Shown here: positions 37,735 through 44,834 of the stretch, one piece after another
How the letters are laid out: every line of letters starts with the position of its first letter
How positions within the stretch are numbered: position 1 is the first letter of the stretch
Assembly (NCBI GenBank): GCA_038889075.1
Contig: JAWAHS010000002.1
Span: forward strand, 1-44,834
Direction: 5' to 3'
Source: Ignisphaera sp.
GTDB taxonomy: Archaea; Thermoproteota; Thermoprotei_A; Sulfolobales; Ignisphaeraceae
DNA: 44,834 bases
The notes under the pieces: model-generated
Seen by the model: the letters and a program-made list of their open reading frames with translations, nothing else
Told to the model about the DNA's origin: nothing
Databases searched by the model: none
Program-made: the position numbers and the translations under genes

Positions 37735-38414
37735 GTATAGTTGTCATCATTAGTCACTTATGGAAATACTATACGGCTTCAGGAAGCTCTATTGCAATAT
37801 TAAAGGATATCAATTTAACTATAAGAAGGGGGGAGATCATAGGTATCCATGGCCCAAGTGGAGCAGGTAAGACAACATTGCTAAAAATTTTAGCAGGTCT
37901 GGAGAGACCGGATTCTGGCGAAATAATTGTTGAAGGATATAATCTCAATCTTCTGGATGATGATGCTCTTGCACTTCTTAGAACATCAATAGTCAGTTAC
38001 ATTCCCCAGGACTATGGTCTAATAGATGAATTTACCGTATATGAAAATGTAGAGCTGCCCCTTCTACTCATAGGGTTACCCGAAAACGAAAGAAAAAACT
38101 CTGTTCACAGTATTCTGGAATACATGGGGCTACGAGACAAAGAGAGGATCAAAGTAAAGTATCTTAGTGGTGGTGAGAAACAGAGGGTCTCTATAGCAAG
38201 ATCATTGGTCACCACACCATCACTACTTTTAGCTGATGAACCAACAGCAAATCTCGATTGGGATAACGCTAAAAAGGTTCTAGAACTTTTTAACAAAATT
38301 AATAGGGACTTTAAAACTACAATAATTATAGTATCTCACGATACAAGAGTACTAGAATTTGTGTCAAGGAGATTTATATTATATGATGGAATTCTCAAAG
38401 AAGTTGGAAGATAA
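37731..38414 (+). CDS. ABC transporter ATP-binding protein, LolD/MacB family
   Basis: GPSGAGKTT, LSGGEKQRV, LADEPTANLD, VSHD. Confidence 0.95.
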   Translation: MSIVVIISHLWKYYTASGSSIAILKDINLTIRRGEIIGIHGPSGAGKTTLLKILAGLERPDSGEIIVEGYNLNLLDDDALALLRTSIVSYIPQDYGLIDEFTVYENVELPLLLIGLPENERKNSVHSILEYMGLRDKERIKVKYLSGGEKQRVSIARSLVTTPSLLLADEPTANLDWDNAKKVLELFNKINRDFKTTIIIVSHDTRVLEFVSRRFILYDGILKEVGR

Positions 38415-38549
38415 CGATCATAACAAGTAGCTTTACTGCTATGATGCAAACCTGCAATTCTACATCAAATTAGTCATTTAGAATATGGAGAAATAAATAC
38501 TACTCTGAATTATTGCAGCACGAAGGTCTGTACCAAATATGGTCATTTT

Positions 38550-38602
38550 TCACCCGGTCCGTGAATTCATCATAAGTCAGACAACCTAGCACCGATCATC
38601 CT
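38550..38602 (-). ncRNA. Candidate box C/D sRNA
   Basis: Minus strand reads AGGATGA-TCGGTGCTAGGTTGT-CTGA-CTT-ATGATGA-ATTCACGGACCGG-GTGA. ATATATAA TATA-like box about 25 nt upstream. Terminal boxes are degenerate. Confidence 0.55.
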
Positions 38603-38921
38603 AACATAGCTTAGCATCAATAGGGTTTATATATTTCATGCAGAATAGCAATCCTAGCGCATACCATGGTCTGTTTACTATGCATATAAAAAGTATTTAG
38701 ATTAAGACTGCATCTACTAGTAGGCAATAGGTCGAAGGTTGATTAACATATATTAATCAAATGCTATATTCATTGGTTAAGGTAGTAAAGATTCAATGGA
38801 TTCTTCTCTCTTTGGAGATACAGGATATTAGATGTATATTATCGAAATTGGAAGCCCTATTTCTAATGTACTAGGAAAGTTTAGGTGTAGGTATTATTAA
38901 TTCAATTATTTTATTAATAAT

Positions 38922-40016
38922 CTATCCTACTCTCTTTTTCCAAATACCTAACTCACTTAGGAGATAGTTCACCGGAAATCCGACTATGATACCCAATAGC
39001 TGTGAGATTACAGGATTGATTGAAGTACCATAGAATACAATGTTTGCAGTAGCAAGCTGGGCTAGAAGACCGGGTAGTATTGTAAAGTGGAATAGTAGCA
39101 ACCTCTTATAAGGTTTACCTATACGTCTATCTCTAAACGTCCAACTTTCGTGTACAATGAAATTAAAGATCGTACTTACTTCAATGGCTATACTACTTCC
39201 TATTAAAAACCACTCTGAGGCTAACATAGGGAAGTAATATTTAAAGAATGCCACTATACTTAGATTCAATATTGCGCCCAGGCCACCAACTATTCCGAAT
39301 TTTATAGGTCTCCAGCCACATAGATTAAGAACATGTAAAATGTATGCTGAGATCGTCTTTATCCCAAGCTTACTTTCACCATATCGCCTACTTCTAAATA
39401 TATAAGGTACTTCAGCTACTATGGATGGGTCGCACCTCTCTAGAATTTCCAAAAGAACTTTAAAGCCCATCGGATTTAGCCTATCAAGATTTTTAGTAAC
39501 AATGTTTCGCTTAACCATGAAGAATCCGGACATCGGATCCGAGATCCTCCTAACACTAGGTAGCAGTAATTTGGCTATTAATGTAGCTCCTTTAGATATC
39601 ATAAGTCTTAGCGTTGACCATCCTTCAATACCTCCACCCTTCTTATATCTGGATGCTATTACAATATCAGCATTTTCTTCAATAGCCCTTTCAATCATAG
39701 CATTTATATATCTTGGTGGGTGTTGTAGATCCGCATCCATTATTACAACATATTCTCTATTAGAGAAAATGATACCGTCAATTATTGCTGTTGAAAGGCC
39801 TTTAAGGTTTACCCTTCTTACAACAACATCACTATTATCAATTATATCTAAGGCTTTTAACCACGTTTCATCTGGGCTATTATCATCTACTATGACAATA
39901 TCATAGCTGTCAGCTATAGAGACCTCTCTTCTTATCTCGTCTATGAGAAGTACGATGTTTTCCTTTTCATTGTATGTTGGAATCACAATACTTAGTTGAA
40001 TATTGTGTCCACCCAT
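38922..40016 (-). CDS. Dolichol/polyprenol-phosphate mannosyltransferase (GT2) fused to GtrA domain
   Basis: IPTYNE, VDDNSPD, MDADLQHPP, DPMSGFF, GESKL. C-terminal GtrA (FNFIVHESWTFRD). Confidence 0.93.
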   Translation of the reverse strand: MGGHNIQLSIVIPTYNEKENIVLLIDEIRREVSIADSYDIVIVDDNSPDETWLKALDIIDNSDVVVRRVNLKGLSTAIIDGIIFSNREYVVIMDADLQHPPRYINAMIERAIEENADIVIASRYKKGGGIEGWSTLRLMISKGATLIAKLLLPSVRRISDPMSGFFMVKRNIVTKNLDRLNPMGFKVLLEILERCDPSIVAEVPYIFRSRRYGESKLGIKTISAYILHVLNLCGWRPIKFGIVGGLGAILNLSIVAFFKYYFPMLASEWFLIGSSIAIEVSTIFNFIVHESWTFRDRRIGKPYKRLLLFHFTILPGLLAQLATANIVFYGTSINPVISQLLGIIVGFPVNYLLSELGIWKKRVG

Positions 40017-40023
40017 CTGGCAT

Positions 40024-40536
40024 TCACCATAGCGTTTTATAGCGGCTCGACAATTCTATGATATGGTTATTAGAGTGGAGATATAGTTTTGAATTTGTAA
40101 GTCTTCTTCTAACCCTCTTTAGAAATTCCTCATCATCATCATGCACCTCTAGAATTGTATAGCCCTTTAGTAGAAGGTTCTCTATGGTCTCTAATTTAAA
40201 AAGATAGCTTTTTCGAAGATCATTATCCATCCTCATGTGTATTTCTTTTATACTACTTATTGGAATACCTATAGATTGTAGCTGGCTCACTGTTATTCTT
40301 CGTAGACGACTAGGTCTGCCGGTTACTATAATTATAATGCCTTTATTAATTCTATCTAATAGAATATCTATACCTACTCTTCTAGGTCTATCAAATTGGA
40401 GAAGTTCTTCGGAAAAGAAGTAGTGCCAAAATAGTGAAGTATTACCGTGGGACAATTCCTCAGCTAAAACAATTCGCTGAGATACATCAAGGAGTACACC
40501 ATCAATATCAAACACATAGGTAAAAATTTCAGTCAT
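40024..40536 (-). CDS. HAD-superfamily phosphatase
   Basis: FDIDGVL, VTGR, FK, HDDD. Confidence 0.88.
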   Translation of the reverse strand: MTEIFTYVFDIDGVLLDVSQRIVLAEELSHGNTSLFWHYFFSEELLQFDRPRRVGIDILLDRINKGIIIIVTGRPSRLRRITVSQLQSIGIPISSIKEIHMRMDNDLRKSYLFKLETIENLLLKGYTILEVHDDDEEFLKRVRRRLTNSKLYLHSNNHIIELSSRYKTLW

Positions 40537-40666
40537 TTCTTTTAACCATGATTATAGTTCTACAAAAGTTCTTTTAAGTATTGATGGTAAATCGATGGTG
40601 TTTGACAACGTAAATATCAGACACAGCATTGAAGTATAGATGTTACTAGAATGTAGAATTGAAGAA

Positions 40667-40721
40667 TCAGCAGAACCGAGTACATCATTAGCGATCCTTC
40701 AGAGCTCAGCTGCTTCATCAC
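40667..40721 (-). ncRNA. Box C/D sRNA, possible tRNA D-arm guide
   Basis: Minus strand reads GTGATGA-AGCAGCTGAGCT-CTGA-AGGATCGCTA-ATGATGT-ACTCGGTTCTG-CTGA, with all four boxes near consensus. Confidence 0.85.
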
Positions 40722-40898
40722 TACATATATTCATGAAAATACTCCCTCTGGTTTAACGTATCTCTATCTATCGTGATGTTAGTATATTGTATTAAAAAGT
40801 TTTTAGAGATGTTAGTAAAATCGTTATTAAACTGTTAGAATTGGAACAAAAATGGATAATTAGACAGTAAGGTGTCTATGGATGGGGTGTGAGAGGCG

Positions 40899-42128
40899 AT
40901 GGAGATAGGATTCAGTTATACAAGAATTGATGAATGCATAGAAAATCTGGCTAGGATTACGAACCTAAGTATTGAAGCCGTTACGGTTGATCTCGATGAA
41001 GCATTGAATAAAATTGCCTATGATACCATTACATCCCCTATAGATATTCCACCCTATGATAGAAGTGCAGTAGACGGTTATGCTCTATGCAGTGAAGCTA
41101 CGACATCAGCATCTCCAAGTAATCCAATTCCATTAGTTATAAAGAATAAGGGTAACAAAATTGATTGCAGTGAGGCTCTTCCTGTATCCACTGGAGATAG
41201 GCTACCTCTAGGAGCAGATGCCGTTGTAATGCTTGAAGATACCTATACTGATAATACCAGAAATATAGTTTACATTACACGCTCAGTTCCAAAATATCTG
41301 AATGTTTCAAGAATGGGTGAGGATATCAAGCGTGGAGACACGATAGTTGAAAAGGGGAGGTTGATAAAGCCTTGGCATATAGCGGCTGTAGCTGCTATTG
41401 GATTAAGTAAGATTCGTGTATATAGAGGGATAAAAATTGGTGTAATAACGGTGGGTTCAGAGTTAAAATCAGGTGGTATAGATGTGTATAGCGAGGGAGG
41501 TGTAATAGATGTTACATCTAAATTACTTATGTCATCACTTAGAGAGTACGAATTCATAGAACCTAAGTGGTATGGTATTGTTGAAGATAGTGAGGAGAAG
41601 ATAGCCCTGTTACTACATCGGGCTGTAATAGAAAATGATATAGTCATCACTAGTGGAGGCACCGGTCCAGGTAGCCGTGATGTAACCTTTAATGCCTTAA
41701 ACTTTCTTAGAAATGATATGAAAATAAGCATCATCTCGAGAGGGGTAGCTATGAGACCTGGTAGACCAACTACTATTGCGACCATTAATGGTAAACCACT
41801 ATTCATGCTGTCAGGATTTCCCATTGCAGCATATATAGCATTAAGAGTGCTAGTAGTGCCGTTCATAGCAAGGCTTCTAAATATACAGGGTATTGAACCT
41901 ATAGAGGTACCGGCTATACTAACTAGAAGAGCTGTGGGGAGTATAGGTTACGATGTGTTTGCAAGGATAAAGGCATATAGATGTGAAGACAGTATATGTG
42001 CAGAGCCTATAGCCATCCACGGATCAGGGGTGTTGAGAACATTAATGGACGCAAATGCAATACTTCACATAAAGCATAATTTAGAGGGGTTCGATAAGGG
42101 TGATAAAGTGTGGATCCAAATTCTATAA
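40899..42128 (+). CDS. moeA: Molybdopterin molybdenumtransferase MoeA1
   Basis: PPYDRSAVDGYA, STGDRLPLGADAVVMLE, TSGGTG, MRPGRP, LSGFP. Confidence 0.95.
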   Translation: MEIGFSYTRIDECIENLARITNLSIEAVTVDLDEALNKIAYDTITSPIDIPPYDRSAVDGYALCSEATTSASPSNPIPLVIKNKGNKIDCSEALPVSTGDRLPLGADAVVMLEDTYTDNTRNIVYITRSVPKYLNVSRMGEDIKRGDTIVEKGRLIKPWHIAAVAAIGLSKIRVYRGIKIGVITVGSELKSGGIDVYSEGGVIDVTSKLLMSSLREYEFIEPKWYGIVEDSEEKIALLLHRAVIENDIVITSGGTGPGSRDVTFNALNFLRNDMKISIISRGVAMRPGRPTTIATINGKPLFMLSGFPIAAYIALRVLVVPFIARLLNIQGIEPIEVPAILTRRAVGSIGYDVFARIKAYRCEDSICAEPIAIHGSGVLRTLMDANAILHIKHNLEGFDKGDKVWIQIL

Positions 42129-44098
42129 CAATTTCAGATAGAAAAATATTTCATAGACTAGTCTCGATAGAAGAGGCACTGAATCTCCTAGTTAAAGAAA
42201 ATGTTTTGAAACCTATAGGTGTTGAAGAGGTTAAAATCGGAGATTCTATAGGGAGAGTCTTAGCTGAAGATATTTATGCACCCATCGATTATCCTCCATT
42301 TGATAGATCTGAAGTGGATGGCTATGCTGTTTCGTTTGCATCGGTTGAGGGTGTAGATGATCTACACCCTATAGAGCTAAAAGTTGTTGGAAGGATAGCA
42401 GCTGGGGAAAAGCCTGATCTCAACCTCGATATTGGTGAGGCAGTAGAGATAGATACAGGTGCTATGATACCTAGAGGAGCTGACGGTGTTGTGATGGAGG
42501 AATATACTGATAGAATTGATTTGGAAAAGGTGGTGGTGTACAGAGGAATATATCCAGGTGAAAACATAGCATTTGCAGGAAGCGATATATCACTCGGAGA
42601 ACTTATTCTATCCAAGGGTACAAAGATAACGTTTGTCGAAATAGGTGTCATGGCGACACTAGGGATTGATAGAGTTAAAGTATTTAAAAAGCCAAGGATT
42701 CTTGTAATATCTACTGGTAATGAGCTTATTGAACCAGGCAAAGAGTTAGCCTTAGGAAAACTATATGATACTAATGGCTATGTAGTATCATCCTTTCTCA
42801 AAGAATTGGGTATCGATGCTGTATTCTATGGAATTATTGAAGACGATGAGGAAGCACTCTATAGGGTTATATCAAGCAAGCTTAACGATTACGATATAAT
42901 AGTGACGAGTGGCGGTACCTCAGCAGGTGAGAAGGATGTAGTGTATAAGGTTTTTAGTAAACTGGGCAGGGTAATCGTACATGGCCTTAAGGTAAGGCCC
43001 GGCAAGCCAGCAGTCATAGCAGTTTCAAACAATGGCAAATTATTAATAGGATTGCCAGGATTTCCCTTATCATCACTGACACACTCTCTTCTTTTGCTAC
43101 GTAGAATTGTGGAGGGGATCATGGGAATAGAACATAGTAGCAGGAGCATTAAGGCATCTATAGCATCAAGGTTTAGGAAGGATATTGGGAGAACATGGCT
43201 TATACCCATAGTTATGAACAGAGTAGGTGGGAAGGTATATGCTATACCCCTACTAGTTCCCTCCGGTAGCATTTCAGTTATGATGAAGGCTGATGGAATA
43301 GCAGTGATACCTGAGAATATAGACGTTATTGAGGAGGGAACCGTAGTCGAGGTATATCCGATCAGAGAATATGATAGAGAGGGATTGATAATGGGTAGCC
43401 ACGATATTATGCTTTCAGAGATCATATATGCGATGAAATTGCATAGAAAGCTGTCATATATTTCAGTAGGATCGTATAAGGGGGTAGAGCTTATCAGAAA
43501 GGGCTATATAGATATAGCACCGATACATATATTTAACCCAGAGAACGGTACATACAACATTGACGTAGTTAAAGGTGACAATGTTTTAAGGGAGGAGGCA
43601 TTTCTAGTAAAGGGCTATGGGCGTAGACTAGTACTGGCTTTTAGGAAGGGGAATCCAAAGAATATAAAGGATTATAGAGACGTGATTCGAAGAGATGTAA
43701 GGTTCATAAATAGAAACAGAGGTTCTGGAACAAGAGCATATATAGATTTTCTACTAAATAAAATAGCCATCGAAATGGGCAAGGACTTTAGAGAGCTAAT
43801 TCAGAGTATAAAAGGATACAACTATGAAGTGTCAACACATAATGCAGTAGCAGCTGCAATTGCACAAGGACGTGCAGATGTTGGTATATGTATAGAATAT
43901 GCTGCCATAAGGTACAACTTAGATTACATACCGCTGACGCTGGAGAATTACGACTTTATAGTTCTTCGTAAAAGTATTGAAAAACCCGTCATTAAAAGCT
44001 TTGTAGTAATGTTGAAGGACGACTCTATAAGGGGTGTAATCCGGAAATATGCAGGCTATCAACCATACAACGATACGGGGGAGATCATTTGCTGTTAA
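42110..44098 (+). CDS. moeA: MoeA2 fused to a periplasmic-binding (PBP/LysR-type) domain
   Basis: MoeA motifs plus C-terminal GSHD, VGSYKG, INRNRGSGTR, THNAVA. Confidence 0.95.
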   Translation: MDPNSITISDRKIFHRLVSIEEALNLLVKENVLKPIGVEEVKIGDSIGRVLAEDIYAPIDYPPFDRSEVDGYAVSFASVEGVDDLHPIELKVVGRIAAGEKPDLNLDIGEAVEIDTGAMIPRGADGVVMEEYTDRIDLEKVVVYRGIYPGENIAFAGSDISLGELILSKGTKITFVEIGVMATLGIDRVKVFKKPRILVISTGNELIEPGKELALGKLYDTNGYVVSSFLKELGIDAVFYGIIEDDEEALYRVISSKLNDYDIIVTSGGTSAGEKDVVYKVFSKLGRVIVHGLKVRPGKPAVIAVSNNGKLLIGLPGFPLSSLTHSLLLLRRIVEGIMGIEHSSRSIKASIASRFRKDIGRTWLIPIVMNRVGGKVYAIPLLVPSGSISVMMKADGIAVIPENIDVIEEGTVVEVYPIREYDREGLIMGSHDIMLSEIIYAMKLHRKLSYISVGSYKGVELIRKGYIDIAPIHIFNPENGTYNIDVVKGDNVLREEAFLVKGYGRRLVLAFRKGNPKNIKDYRDVIRRDVRFINRNRGSGTRAYIDFLLNKIAIEMGKDFRELIQSIKGYNYEVSTHNAVAAAIAQGRADVGICIEYAAIRYNLDYIPLTLENYDFIVLRKSIEKPVIKSFVVMLKDDSIRGVIRKYAGYQPYNDTGEIICC

Positions 44099-44738
44099 AA
44101 ATAGCTCTTTTGTAGTCTCTTGAAATCTTGTCTGCCAGCTTTATAGGTTCTGGTAGAGGCGAATTTTCATTCCAGACAATGAGAGTCATCCTAAGAGCAT
44201 CCTCCGCCGTAATTCTATGACCTATAGAGACATAGATTCGATGCTTCTTTCTATTTACAACATAACCAACAATACTATTATCAACAACTATAGCTAAATG
44301 ATTATCTATTAATACTACCTCGCCATATAGAAGTTTTTTTGCGATACCTATAGTTGGCATATCTGTAACTACACCAATGTGCGTTGCTATACCACACCTC
44401 CTCGGATGGGCAAGACCGTGTCCGTTAACCATTATGACATCGATTTTCCTAAGCTTAGCGAGAAGCATCTTAAGTGCTAGAAGCATTACGGGGGCTTCTC
44501 TAAATGCAAGTAACCCTGGTATGTATGGTATTTTAACTGCTTTAATGGCTAGTTCTGTAGCTATAACCTCTCTTCTATTTACACTATATGCAACAGCGGC
44601 TGCTATTGCATTTGAATCATGGTAACTAACGTCCAGACCTACAACAACATCAACAGATGTGGTATCGAAAGGCTCTATTACTGCTAATCTACTCAGTATA
44701 TTCTGAGCCTTCTTTGCCTTTTCAATATCAAAAAGCAT
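44085..44738 (-). CDS. nfi: Endonuclease V
   Basis: GLDVSY, PYIPGLLAFRE, NGHGLAHPRRCGIATHIG, IGIAK, YVSIGH, PEP..LAD. Confidence 0.95.
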   Translation of the reverse strand: MLFDIEKAKKAQNILSRLAVIEPFDTTSVDVVVGLDVSYHDSNAIAAAVAYSVNRREVIATELAIKAVKIPYIPGLLAFREAPVMLLALKMLLAKLRKIDVIMVNGHGLAHPRRCGIATHIGVVTDMPTIGIAKKLLYGEVVLIDNHLAIVVDNSIVGYVVNRKKHRIYVSIGHRITAEDALRMTLIVWNENSPLPEPIKLADKISRDYKRAIFNSK

Positions 44739-44752
44739 TTAACGGCTAATCC

Positions 44753-44834
44753 TCATGACAATAGAATGCTTCTCTCCTTAACACCATTTCTATCTACGGT
44801 AGCAATATCGATACCATCTCCCGATATAGCGTCC
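44753..44834 (-). CDS. psmB: Proteasome beta subunit, C-terminal fragment (runs off the window)
   Basis: Minus-strand frame DAISGDGIDIATVDRNGVKERSILLS* matches the RD..SG.GID beta-subunit C-terminus. Confidence 0.85.
   Translation of the reverse strand, partial: DAISGDGIDIATVDRNGVKERSILLS

Noticed and set aside
1121-43425. Numerous antisense or shadow ORFs in the track (e.g. 1121-1531, 5156-5728, 28846-29445, 30280-30981, 41270-41866, 42889-43425)
   Set aside because: They lie opposite well-supported genes and show the Ser/Ile/Pro-rich composition typical of antisense frames.
1-44834. CRISPR array, cas genes, rRNA genes, intact transposase, inteins
   Set aside because: No regularly spaced direct repeats, rRNA sequence, transposase motifs or intein splice motifs were seen.

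Overview
This is an archaeal chromosome segment, almost certainly a hyperthermophilic Thermoproteota member. Evidence: reverse gyrase, eS25/eS26 ribosomal proteins, a BHB-intron tRNA and C/D and H/ACA guide RNAs. A Desulfurococcales, Ignisphaera-like origin is my inference. Most of the window is housekeeping: tRNA-His(GUG, with intron), tRNA-Gly(UCC), a trm112-elp3-trm9 wobble-U modification cluster, rgy, trmI-proS-rps26e, Clp1, a UbiD+AcnX (Aeropyrum-type mevalonate) operon, an OPT+ABC transporter operon, moeA1/moeA2, nfi and the end of psmB. Seven candidate box C/D sRNAs and one H/ACA sRNA can be read from the intergenic DNA. The most striking region is an accessory minus-strand cluster just downstream of tRNA-Gly (6261-9330). 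Its lead gene looks like an N-terminal TFB module (ribbon plus one cyclin repeat) fused to a divergent two-repeat TBP fold. Small unknown genes and an ArnR-like membrane-anchored wHTH regulator follow it. This may be a dedicated, previously undescribed alternative transcription-initiation module. All homology calls come from motif recognition by eye and memory, not from database searches.
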